A stretch of DNA of 64,000 nt from Abditibacteriaceae bacterium (lineage in GTDB: Bacteria > Armatimonadota > Abditibacteriia > Abditibacteriales > Abditibacteriaceae), in contig OZ255721.1 in the NCBI GenBank assembly GCA_965277285.1, forward strand, positions 448,001 to 512,000. Reading direction: 5' to 3'. The notes below the pieces were generated by a model. It ran no database searches, was not told the DNA's origin, and saw only the letters and a program-made list of their open reading frames with translations. The position numbers were made by a program, and so were the translations under genes. Within the stretch, counting starts at the first letter, position 1. Every line of letters begins with the position of its first letter. Below are positions 39,609 to 48,508 of this stretch, one piece after another.

Positions 39609-39719
39609 ACACAACAAGGCGCTGCACCCGACCGCCTACAGCCTGCGCTTTGGTCGTTCCTCTCATCGCTTCCTCCTATCGCTTCGGCTTTCGGCAGCAA
39701 GTGAGCTTGGTCGTTAGCC
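39609..39719 (+). repeat. attC site 2
   Basis: ACACAAC AAGGCGCTGCACCCGACCGCC ... GGCAGCAAGTGAGCTTGGTC GTTAGCC. Confidence 0.85.
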
Positions 39720-39758
39720 TGCCGACGCGCAGCTTGAATATACCCTATACTTTTGATC

Positions 39759-40244
39759 ATGGATAATGTTCAGAAATGGATAAAATTTTATAATAGCCCT
39801 AACATTGAAGTTCAGATGAGGGCGCTTGAAAGCATCGTCAATATAGATGATAAGCGTATTCTTCCGACCCTGCTGGACGCACTACCTCTATTTGGGCATC
39901 ATGGTTTCGGTGAGCAGATTGTTCAAGCACTGAGGAGAAACCACGACGAATCTGTAGTCGAACCTTTAATTCTTCTGCTCGATCACCCGAATCCGTCTAC
40001 AGTTGCAGGGGCTTGCAGGGCATTGGGCTACATAGGTGATAAAAAAGCCACTAAACCAGTACTCAATTGCTTAAATCATCCTACGCATTTTGTACAAATC
40101 GCTGCTGCTTACGCTTTCGCCAATCAAAATTTGGTTGATCCTGAAGCTGCGCCCTATTTAAAGGAAAAATTACGGGCGACCGATGAGGCCAATGTTAATA
40201 TCCCTATCACCTGGGCGCTGCGTCGACTCCAAGAAGAAAGCTGA
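39759..40244 (+). CDS. Cassette 3 HEAT-repeat protein
   Basis: VEPLILLLDHPNPST, ACRALGYIGD, LNCLNHPTHFVQIAAA repeats. Confidence 0.8.
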   Translation: MDNVQKWIKFYNSPNIEVQMRALESIVNIDDKRILPTLLDALPLFGHHGFGEQIVQALRRNHDESVVEPLILLLDHPNPSTVAGACRALGYIGDKKATKPVLNCLNHPTHFVQIAAAYAFANQNLVDPEAAPYLKEKLRATDEANVNIPITWALRRLQEES

Positions 40245-40263
40245 AATGCTTCAATTAACAAGC

Positions 40264-40362
40264 GCACAACAAAGCGCTGCGCCCGACCGCTGACAGCCTG
40301 TGCTTTGGTCGCAAGCTCCCGTCGCTTCGGCTTCCGGCGGCGGGTGAGATTAGTCGTTCTAC
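40264..40362 (+). repeat. attC site 3
   Basis: GCACAAC AAAGCGCTGCGCCCGACCGC ... GGCGGCGGGTGAGATTAGTC GTTCTAC. Confidence 0.85.
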
Positions 40363-40434
40363 CCTTGCGCGCGCGGTGTAACTGAAACTGATACGCCTGA
40401 TATAATTACGGCGAGAAGCAAAGGGAGAAAGCGA

Positions 40435-40875
40435 ATGCCGACCAAAAACCAAAAGCCCAAGGGATTTACAGACGAGGAACAAGCCGCAATGAAGGAGCGC
40501 GCCAAAGAGATGAAGGCGGAAGAACGCGCGAACAAGAGCAAGGCGGAAGAGGAAAGCGACGTGCTTGCGAAAATTGCCGAGATGCCGGAACCGGATCGCG
40601 CCATTGCCACGCGGCTCCATGAGATTATCAAGGCCAGCGCGCCAAATCTTTCGGCGAAAACTTGGTACGGAATGCCCGCATATACCAAAGATGGCAAGGT
40701 CGTCTGCTTTTTTCAAAGCGCACAGAAGTTCAACACGAGGTATGCAACACTCGGTTTCAACGAAACGGCGAACCTTGACGAAGGCGCCATGTGGCCGACC
40801 GCCTTCGCTTTGAAAGAGTTGACTACCGCCGAAGAGTTAAGGATCAGATCGCTCGTGGAGAAAGCGGTGAGTTGA
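40435..40875 (+). CDS. Cassette 4 DUF1801 (YdhG-like) protein
   Basis: [38 protein letters not shown]. Confidence 0.85.
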   Translation: MPTKNQKPKGFTDEEQAAMKERAKEMKAEERANKSKAEEESDVLAKIAEMPEPDRAIATRLHEIIKASAPNLSAKTWYGMPAYTKDGKVVCFFQSAQKFNTRYATLGFNETANLDEGAMWPTAFALKELTTAEELRIRSLVEKAVS

Positions 40876-40913
40876 GAAATAGCCTTGCTTCTCCGCACCA
40901 CCGACGAACAGCG

Positions 40914-41017
40914 GGTTAACAAGGCACCGCACCCGACTGCTCGCAGATTCGTTTTCTCCGCTCCTTCCTCGTTTCGCTTTCTGCGCTTACGGCGGCGGGT
41001 GGGATTATTCGTTGTGC
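40914..41017 (+). repeat. attC site 4
   Basis: GGTTAAC AAGGCACCGCACCCGACTGC ... GGCGGCGGGTGGGATTATTC GTTGTGC. Confidence 0.82.
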
Positions 41018-41048
41018 TGCGTGCGCGGCTTCGCTATAAACTGAAATA

Positions 41049-41543
41049 ATGAAAACCTTGGCGATTCCTAACACCGAATACGGCGAAGATGCTATTGATG
41101 ACCGACAGATCAGGGATTTTGTCAGGTATTGGATTGGCTTGCTTGCCGAGCAGAAATACGACGAGGCGATAGATTTGCTTTTGCCTGAAATCCCGCGTGC
41201 GTCTCGTTCGATTCGTTCAAACGAGGCGGCAGAATGGACGCCAGAACTGTTGGAGGCCGTCGTTGCCAATTACGGCACGCCGGAACCCCAGGAAGGACAA
41301 GACCAACTCTACAAGGTTGTTCCGATGGATGATTTGCTTCTCGAGGAGTTTAGGTCGAATCTTGATGTTGATCTTTGCCCATCCGGAACGTTGGGCAAAA
41401 ACTATTTAGGAGATATGCATGCTCATTTGCCTCTCAATTATAAAAACGGGAATGCTGTCGGTAGCTTAGTAGCGAAATTCTTTTTTCAGCGCGTCAGCAA
41501 AGATGAAATGGCTTTGGTTTTGGTTGACATCCATACGTTATAA
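41049..41543 (+). CDS. Cassette 5 acidic hypothetical protein
   Basis: 164-aa ORF directly after attC4. Confidence 0.7.
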   Translation: MKTLAIPNTEYGEDAIDDRQIRDFVRYWIGLLAEQKYDEAIDLLLPEIPRASRSIRSNEAAEWTPELLEAVVANYGTPEPQEGQDQLYKVVPMDDLLLEEFRSNLDVDLCPSGTLGKNYLGDMHAHLPLNYKNGNAVGSLVAKFFFQRVSKDEMALVLVDIHTL

Positions 41544-41585
41544 ATCATAATTCGCATCGTGTAAATTTTAGAAAGTGAGGTTGAT

Positions 41586-41951
41586 ATGGCTCAATTCAAA
41601 ATCGTTCATCCTGTTCTTCCCGCCAGAAACGTTAGCGACGCTGTTCGATATTACACGGAAAAGTTAGGTTTCCACTTGACTTTCCAAGATGATGAGGCTG
41701 CCCCAAAATATGCTGGCGTGGATCGTGATGGCGTGGTACTGCATCTTCAATGGCACGACGAGAAGGACTTTGACAAAGTCGAGAGATCAGGACTTCGCTT
41801 CATGATTGCCGATGTGGACGCACTTTTTGAGGAATATCAGGACAAGGATGTCTTTCATTCCAGAACTGCTTTGCAAGACACGCCCTGGGGAACACGCGAA
41901 TTTGCGTTCTATGACCTCAATGGAAATGGGCTGTTCTTCTGCAATTCGTGA
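41586..41951 (+). CDS. VOC-family (glyoxalase/bleomycin resistance) protein
   Basis: HPVLPARNV, YYTEKLGF, DTPWGTREFAFYDLNGNGL; GAGGT SD. Confidence 0.9.
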   Translation: MAQFKIVHPVLPARNVSDAVRYYTEKLGFHLTFQDDEAAPKYAGVDRDGVVLHLQWHDEKDFDKVERSGLRFMIADVDALFEEYQDKDVFHSRTALQDTPWGTREFAFYDLNGNGLFFCNS

Positions 41952-41971
41952 GCAGAAGTTCGCTACTAACG

Positions 41972-41996
41972 GAACAACAAGGCGATGATCCCGACT
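41972..41996 (+). repeat. Truncated attC (left half only)
   Basis: GAACAACAAGGCGATGATCCCGACT; right arm not found. Confidence 0.6.
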
Positions 41997-42201
41997 TTCT
42001 ATATTTTTCGTTTCCGTTGGTTCAACTTGGTTAACAGACAAGATTTTGCAGGCGCAAACGGCCAAGTTCATTTCGAGAAAACAAAAACGCGTTGTGAGGA
42101 AAGTTTGGTGTGGAGAAACGTTATAGTAACTCTACGTCGTGCAAAAAGGCCGCATCGAGTACTCGATTGGCGCTACTTCGTTCAGAATAAGGATGCTCTC
42201 G

Positions 42202-45200
42202 ATGGTTTTTCAAAAACTTGTGTGCTGGATGTCGCTTTGTATTTTGCTGCTTGTCGCTTCGCTGCCTGGTCGCGCACAGGTTTTATCTGCCGCAAATAAA
42301 GGCGCGTTTGTGACACTGATCCAAGCGAGCGATCTCGACGATGCGGCTTTTGCGCAGTGGTTTGATGGCAGCGAAAAGGGCGATGTGCGCGGGCTTGGAA
42401 ACGAAGCGTTGCCCGAAGGCGCGCGTCACGTTTTATGGACGCGAGATAGCCGTATTTCTTGGGATGGCGTGCGCTTTGGAATCTCGAAGATTTCCGGCGC
42501 GCGCTATTTGCGCATCGGGTTCAAAACGCCGCTTTCGGTTGGAACAATTCTGGTGCGCGGATCGGTTCAGGTCAGCGTGCTCAAGGCGAACGCGACGTAT
42601 CCCGGAGCTTTGAACGACGATGCGCAATGGATTCCAGCCTGGCGCGTCAAGGACGATCAATCGACGCGCGATGAGCCGAACAGCGAAGAATATAGCGCGT
42701 GGATTTTGCCGCCTCACACTATCACGCGCGCCCTGCGCTTCACGCACACCAGTTCTCCGACCGACAACGATTACGCGGGTTATCTGGGCGGCGTTTACAT
42801 CTTGGGCGAACGCTGGGCCAACATCGCGCCGCAAGCCAAAGCGACAACGAGCGCCAACAACGACCGCGCAAGTCTCATCAACAATGGCAGCAACGACAAA
42901 ACGTGGGGCGCCTGGGACAACGGAAGTGAAGGCGGCGCGCAAGCCGTTTCGCCGGAGCATCTCGAAACCATGATGTTGACATGGCCAAAGCCCGTCACCT
43001 TGCGCGGATTGTGCACTTTGTGGACGGGTTTCGGTGCGGCGCAGGTCGAGATTTATAATGGTTCCACGTCGAGCGATCCGCGCACGGCGCCCGATTCCGA
43101 CTGGCAAAAGATCGGCGATTTTAGCGGTTTGCAGAACTTTTATCCTTTGCAACTGGGGCCGAACTGGATGGATTTCGGGCGCGATGTTTCGACGCGCGCC
43201 GTGAGATTGCGCATCACTTCCACAACGCAGGAAACGCATCCGCACCTGAACGGCAAGACCAAAGACGGCAAGCGCATCTGGCTGGGCGAATTGATGGCGT
43301 GGCAGCCTTTGGGCGATACCGCTTTGATAACGCCCGCGCCCATATCGAGTACTCGAAAGGCGCCGCATCCGCCGATTGCGATTCGTTTTCGCCTGCCAAT
43401 TGCGTCCTATGTCACGCTGGTGATTGAAAAACCGAACGGCGTGCGGGTGCGCAATCTGGTTGCGGAAACACGTTTTCCCGCGGGCGACAACGTTGTCTGG
43501 TGGGACGGCATGGACGATTTGGGGCGCGATGCGGACGCGGCTCATCACGGCGTTTATCGCGTGCCGGGCGCTTTCGTGGCGCCTGGAAATTATCGCGTGC
43601 GCGGATTGTATCACGCGGCGATTGACTTGCGCTATCAGTTTTCGGTTTATAACGCCGGTTCGCCCGCTTGGGACACCGCCGATGGAACCGGCGGCTGGCT
43701 GACCAATCACACGCCGCCTTCGAGCGCTCTCTTTCTGCCCGCCAAAAGTTCGCCGACCGGCAAGGACATGTTTTATCTGGGCAGTTATGTCAGCGAAGGC
43801 GGCAGCGGGTTGGCGTGGGTCAATCTGAATGGGCGAAAACTTGGTGGGCGTGGCTGGGTTGGCGGCAACTGGACAGCGGCGCCGTTTCTGGCGCGCGACA
43901 GCGGCGACAAAGCGATTCCCGACACCAATGCTTACGTCGGCTCGGCGTGGGAAGGCGAACTGCGCTTGACCGCTTTAACCAAAAGCGGCGATAAAGCCGT
44001 TCTCACGCCGACATTTAAGTTCGATGGCGGCAGCGATGCAGAGCGCAAGCAGAACTCGGTTTTGGGCGGCATCGCGGTGCGCAACGGCGTTTTAGTGGCG
44101 AGTTTGACGCGGCAAAATCAATTACTGTGGATTGATGTCGCGCAGGGCAAAAGGCTGGGAACAACGACGTTGGACGATCCGCGTGGCGTGGCTTTCGATG
44201 CGCAAGGACGCTTGCTGGCGCTTTCGAGTACTCGATTGCTGCGCTTCGATGTCCCCAACAATCCAGTGCAAACGTCTTCTCCGCCAACGTCTTCTCCGCA
44301 AACGTCTTCTCCGCAAACGTTGGCGACCGATTTACAAGACCCGCAAGGTTTGGCGCTTGACGATGCGGGAAACATTTACGTCAGCGAGCGCGGCGCTTCG
44401 CATCAAGTGAAAGTGTTCGATGCGAGTGGAAAATTGCGGCGCGCGATTGGTCATGCGGGCGCGCCCGTTGCGGGCAAATATGATGCGGAACACATGAACA
44501 ATCCGCGAGGCCTGACGATTGATTCGCTGGGTCATTTGTGGGTGGCGGAAGAAGATTATCAGCCGAAGCGCGTCAGTGTGTGGGATGCGCCAAGCGGCAA
44601 GCTGCTTCATGCGTTTTACGGCCCGTCGTCTTATGGCGGAGGCGGCACGCTCGATCCGCGCGACCGCACGCGTTTTTATTACACCGGCATGGAGTTCAAG
44701 ATCGATTGGAAGAGCGGCGAAAATCATCCTGTGAACATCTTCAGTCGTCCTGGCGCCAACGATTTGCCGATGCCCGATGGTTTCGGCGTCAACAACAAGC
44801 CGGAAACGCCGCTGTACGCCGACAATCGCCAGTACATGACGAACTGCTACAACTCGAATCCGACCAATGGCGCCAGCATCGCGCTGTTGTGGATGATGAA
44901 AAATGATGTGGCGGTTCCCGTCGCCGCGATGGGCATGGCCAACGATTGGAGCGTGTTCAAAGACATCCGCCAGAATCCGCAAAAGACCGCTTTTGCCGCG
45001 CTTTTGCCGCCTGGCGTTGATCCCGCGCGAGGCGTGTGGGACGGTCACGCGCTGTTTTTTATCTGGCAGGATAAGAACGGCGATGGTCAAATTCAGCCCG
45101 ACGAAGTGACGTTTCGCAAGCTGGACAAAGGTCCTTGCGACGGCGTTACCGTAATGCCCGATTTGTCGTTTCTGGCCACCAATTTGAACGGACAAACTGA

Positions 45201-46584
45201 ACGTTTTCGCCCACAGGGTTTTCTTCCCGGCGGCGTTCCCGAGTACTCGAATGCGGGTGAAGTTTTGGCCACGGGCGCGCAACATCCGACCACATCGGGC
45301 GGCGGCCAAACGCTGCTCAGCAACGACGATTGGACAATTTTGACCGTCGCGCCGCAACCGTTCAGCGCTCTTGGAATGGGCGGCGTGAAAAGTGGCGTGC
45401 CGTTGTGGACGTATCCTTCGTTGTGGCCGGGCCTGCACGCCAGCCACGAAGCGCCGACTGCCGATGAGCCTGGCGAAGTGTTGGGCACAACGCGCTTGCT
45501 GGGCGGTTTTGTGACGCCGCAAAAAAGTGACGCCGGGCCTTTGTGGGCGATCAACGGCAACTTCGGCGACATGTATGTCTTCACGCAGGACGGCCTGTTC
45601 GTGACGCAACTTTTCCGCGATGTACGCAGCGGCAAATTGTGGACGATGCCGGTCGCGCAACGCGATATGTTGGTCAACGATGTTTCGCTGCACGACGAAA
45701 ATTTCTGGCCGACCTGGACGCAAACCGCCGATGGCCAAATTTATCTCAACTCGAGTTTGCCCAACATCGTGCGCGTTGACGGTTTGGAAACGATTCGGCG
45801 CTTGCCCGTCAAAACGCTGCGTGTCACAACCGTCGACTTGCAAAACGCGCAAGCTTACTTTGTGCAAAGCGAAGCCGCGCGTCAGAGTAGCGAAGGCGAC
45901 AAAGTTTTGAAAATCGCTATAAGCGCGGCGCCGCCAATTGTGGACGGCAATCTGGACGATTGGCAAGGCGCGGATTGGGCGACGATTGACAAGCGCGGCG
46001 TTGCAGCCTGGTTCGATTCCAATTCCAAACCGTACAATGTCGTTGCGGCGCTGCGCGTTTCCGGCGACCGCTTGTATGCCGCTTTCAAAACCGGCGATGC
46101 GAACTTGCTGAACAACAGCGGCGAAGTTCCCAATGCGCTTTTCAAAACCGGCGGCGCGCTCGACCTGATGCTGGACGCAATTCCTGGCGGTGAACGCTTG
46201 ATAGTGACGCAAGTTGGCGGCAAAACGCGAGCGCTTTTGTATCGCGCGCACGTTCCAAACACCACGACAGAAACCGTGCCGTTTTCTTCGCCGCTTCGCA
46301 CCATCCGTTTTGATCGCGTGGATGACATCAGCGCCGATGTCAATCTGGCTACAAATGGCAAAGGCAATTTCGAGTACTCGATTCCTCTTTCAACGTTGGG
46401 TTTGACAGTGCACGAAGGCGCGCAAATGAAGGGCGACCTCGGCCTTTTGCGCGGCGATGGGCGGCAAACCACGCAGCGCGTTTACTGGAGCAACAAAGCA
46501 ACTGGCATCACCTCGGATGTGCCCAGCGAAGCCGAACTCACGCCGCAATTGTGGGGGCGCTGGATTTTTCAAGCCCAGCCTTAA
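42202..46584 (+). CDS. Large secreted multidomain protein (FlgD-Ig-like, NHL/beta-propeller repeats, CBM9-like C-terminus)
   Basis: Signal peptide ending GRA; VTLVIEKPNGVRVRNL...WDGMDD; DDPRGVAFD, QDPQGLALD, NNPRGLTID; PPIVDGNLDDW; start uncertain. Confidence 0.75.
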   Translation: MVFQKLVCWMSLCILLLVASLPGRAQVLSAANKGAFVTLIQASDLDDAAFAQWFDGSEKGDVRGLGNEALPEGARHVLWTRDSRISWDGVRFGISKISGARYLRIGFKTPLSVGTILVRGSVQVSVLKANATYPGALNDDAQWIPAWRVKDDQSTRDEPNSEEYSAWILPPHTITRALRFTHTSSPTDNDYAGYLGGVYILGERWANIAPQAKATTSANNDRASLINNGSNDKTWGAWDNGSEGGAQAVSPEHLETMMLTWPKPVTLRGLCTLWTGFGAAQVEIYNGSTSSDPRTAPDSDWQKIGDFSGLQNFYPLQLGPNWMDFGRDVSTRAVRLRITSTTQETHPHLNGKTKDGKRIWLGELMAWQPLGDTALITPAPISSTRKAPHPPIAIRFRLPIASYVTLVIEKPNGVRVRNLVAETRFPAGDNVVWWDGMDDLGRDADAAHHGVYRVPGAFVAPGNYRVRGLYHAAIDLRYQFSVYNAGSPAWDTADGTGGWLTNHTPPSSALFLPAKSSPTGKDMFYLGSYVSEGGSGLAWVNLNGRKLGGRGWVGGNWTAAPFLARDSGDKAIPDTNAYVGSAWEGELRLTALTKSGDKAVLTPTFKFDGGSDAERKQNSVLGGIAVRNGVLVASLTRQNQLLWIDVAQGKRLGTTTLDDPRGVAFDAQGRLLALSSTRLLRFDVPNNPVQTSSPPTSSPQTSSPQTLATDLQDPQGLALDDAGNIYVSERGASHQVKVFDASGKLRRAIGHAGAPVAGKYDAEHMNNPRGLTIDSLGHLWVAEEDYQPKRVSVWDAPSGKLLHAFYGPSSYGGGGTLDPRDRTRFYYTGMEFKIDWKSGENHPVNIFSRPGANDLPMPDGFGVNNKPETPLYADNRQYMTNCYNSNPTNGASIALLWMMKNDVAVPVAAMGMANDWSVFKDIRQNPQKTAFAALLPPGVDPARGVWDGHALFFIWQDKNGDGQIQPDEVTFRKLDKGPCDGVTVMPDLSFLATNLNGQTERFRPQGFLPGGVPEYSNAGEVLATGAQHPTTSGGGQTLLSNDDWTILTVAPQPFSALGMGGVKSGVPLWTYPSLWPGLHASHEAPTADEPGEVLGTTRLLGGFVTPQKSDAGPLWAINGNFGDMYVFTQDGLFVTQLFRDVRSGKLWTMPVAQRDMLVNDVSLHDENFWPTWTQTADGQIYLNSSLPNIVRVDGLETIRRLPVKTLRVTTVDLQNAQAYFVQSEAARQSSEGDKVLKIAISAAPPIVDGNLDDWQGADWATIDKRGVAAWFDSNSKPYNVVAALRVSGDRLYAAFKTGDANLLNNSGEVPNALFKTGGALDLMLDAIPGGERLIVTQVGGKTRALLYRAHVPNTTTETVPFSSPLRTIRFDRVDDISADVNLATNGKGNFEYSIPLSTLGLTVHEGAQMKGDLGLLRGDGRQTTQRVYWSNKATGITSDVPSEAELTPQLWGRWIFQAQP
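44270..44320 (+). repeat. In-frame 15-bp tandem repeat x3 (TSSPP/TSSPQ)
   Basis: (A/C)AACGTCTTCTCCGC three times. Confidence 0.9.
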
Positions 46585-46608
46585 ATGGCTCTATCGCGTG
46601 AGTCGATG

Positions 46609-46695
46609 GAAAGAACCCCGAGCGTAAGCAACGGGTGAAACTGGGAGTTACATTAAACTGCGAGTTCACCCGTCGCTTACGCTCGGGGTTCTTTC
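46609..46695. repeat. REP-like hairpin family A
   Basis: GAAAGAACCCCGAGCGTAAGCAACGGGTGAA ... TTCACCCGTCGCTTACGCTCGGGGTTCTTTC. Confidence 0.85.
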
Positions 46696-46984
46696 ATAGG
46701 TTCTGACCTACCTTTGTACCTGAGACGCTAACTCCTTTTAGCTGTTGCTTTACCGGTGACTTTACGAAACTTGACAAAATTATGGTTTGAAAAAGCATCG
46801 TGCGGGGAATGATTAGATATTAAGCCGTCTCGCGCAAAGTTCAGGATGTTGATTGCGAAGTCCAGAAAGTTGCTGCATGGATTCAGTGGCGAACCTGACA
46901 ATTGCGTGGCCAGAACGTTATTGTCAAACAAAGTTGGTTTTCGAGTACTCGAACACGCATGACCAGGACACCGGAGGTTTTAGG

Positions 46985-48352
46985 ATGCCTGTTTCAGATA
47001 GCGATTTAATTCGTTACGCTCATTTAATGCGCCGCGCCGGTTTCGGTGCGCGCTCCGACGATTACGATAACTTCGCGCAAATCGGTCTCGACAAAGCGAC
47101 CACGGCGTTGTTGCAGCCCGCAACGGTGGCCGATCCTGTCGATGGATTGCTGCAGGAAACGGGCGACGATTATTTCGATTACGACGATCTGGACAGCAGC
47201 AAGCGCTGGTGGCTGTTTCGCATGGCTCGCACGCGGCGTCCGCTGGTCGAAAAAATGACGCTGTTCTGGCACAACCATTTTTCGACCGCAATCTATAAAG
47301 TCAACAATATGAAGTGGATGGTGCAGCAAAACCAATTGCTGCGCGCCAACGCTCTGGGTTCGTTTCCCACTTTGCTGAAAGCGCTGGTGCAAGATCCGGC
47401 GATGTTGGCGTGGCTCGATGGCGGTCAGAATCGCAAGGGCGCGCCCAATGAAAACTTCGCGCGCGAGTTGATGGAGTTGTTCACTTTGGGCGTCAACGGC
47501 GGCTATACCGAAGCCGATGTCAAAGCTGGCGCGCGCGCTTTCACCGGCTGGACGTGTGATTACAACTCGTCGCAGGCGGTTTTTCACCCGAAAGATTTTG
47601 ACGATGGCCCGAAAAAGTTCCTGGGCTACGATTCGCGCTTGGACAACGACGACATCATCAACATCGTGGTGCGACATCCTTCCACGGCGAAGTTTGTTTG
47701 CGGGAAAATGGCGCGCTTTTTCATCGGCGACAGCGCTTCACCGCAATTGATCGAATCGCTGGCCGCGACTTTCACCAAAAGCCATTTTGAAATCAGGCCG
47801 GTAATGACGGAGATTTTGACTTCGCCGGAGTTTTATTCGGACGCGGCGATGTACGGCAAAATCAAAAGTCCCGTCGAGTACTCGATTGGTTTGCTGCGCA
47901 CGCTGAACGCGCCGATGACGGCAGGCAATCAGATCACCGGAACCTTGAATGAAATGGGTCAGGAATTGTTCAATCCGCCGACCGTTAAAGGCTGGAGCGA
48001 AGGCGAATCGTGGCTCAACACCGCAACCTTGATGGCGCGTCGCAAATTCGCCATGCAAATCACAGATGTTCTGGGTCGCCACAACCATTTCCCCGATGTC
48101 ATACGCGCCAGCGTGAAAGGCATCGGGCGCGATGCCGCCACGCTGCAAACGCCGGAAGCCCTCGTCGATGCGCTGTGGTTTTTGATGATGCCGGGCCGCA
48201 CGCCGACCAACCAAACGCGCACTGCTTTAATTAATTACGCGCGTGGTTCGACTGATAAACCCAAGCCAGACGCCAAACCGATTGATTTCAATTCGCGCGC
48301 GCCCGGCACCTTGATGTTGATTATCGGCACGCCGGAATATCAGTTGTGCTAA
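46985..48352 (+). CDS. DUF1800 family protein
   Basis: HLMRRAGFG, EKMTLFWHNHF, PNENFARELMELFTLG, PPTVKGW, PEYQL; GGAGGT SD. Confidence 0.92.
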   Translation: MPVSDSDLIRYAHLMRRAGFGARSDDYDNFAQIGLDKATTALLQPATVADPVDGLLQETGDDYFDYDDLDSSKRWWLFRMARTRRPLVEKMTLFWHNHFSTAIYKVNNMKWMVQQNQLLRANALGSFPTLLKALVQDPAMLAWLDGGQNRKGAPNENFARELMELFTLGVNGGYTEADVKAGARAFTGWTCDYNSSQAVFHPKDFDDGPKKFLGYDSRLDNDDIINIVVRHPSTAKFVCGKMARFFIGDSASPQLIESLAATFTKSHFEIRPVMTEILTSPEFYSDAAMYGKIKSPVEYSIGLLRTLNAPMTAGNQITGTLNEMGQELFNPPTVKGWSEGESWLNTATLMARRKFAMQITDVLGRHNHFPDVIRASVKGIGRDAATLQTPEALVDALWFLMMPGRTPTNQTRTALINYARGSTDKPKPDAKPIDFNSRAPGTLMLIIGTPEYQLC

Positions 48353-48371
48353 ACGATTCGAGTACTCGATT

Positions 48372-48459
48372 AACGAACTCGGAACGTCAGTGACGGGTGG
48401 AAAATGAGAGTTACATGAGGTTGTTATTTTTCACCCGTCACTGACGTTCCGAGTTCGTT
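48372..48459. repeat. REP-like hairpin family A
   Basis: AACGAACTCGGAACGTCAGTGACGGGTG ... CACCCGTCACTGACGTTCCGAGTTCGTT. Confidence 0.85.
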
Positions 48460-48508
48460 GATTACCCCGTCGAATCGTTTTTAAGTCGTCAGTTGTCCAG
48501 GAGTTTTT

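Larger units (their letters stand above)
38680..41996 (+). mobile_element. Integron-type gene cassette array lacking an adjacent integrase (CALIN)
   Basis: Co-oriented short ORFs separated by four related attC-like imperfect palindromes plus one truncated site; no tyrosine recombinase in the window. Confidence 0.85.

Noticed and set aside
39120..41017. CRISPR or ncRNA interpretation of the repeats after mfd
   Set aside because: Repeats are degenerate, of unequal length and separated by whole genes; attC fits better.
39545..42154. Lack of the iterated palindrome in cassettes 3-5 and in the TPR gene (60613-63198) as proof of foreign origin
   Set aside because: Mean spacing is about 1 kb, so 2-2.6-kb gaps occur by chance; similar gaps cover argG and larA. 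Suggestive only.
42433..46251. Long minus-strand ORFs 42433-43710 and 44332-46251
   Set aside because: Antisense shadows of the large secreted protein gene.
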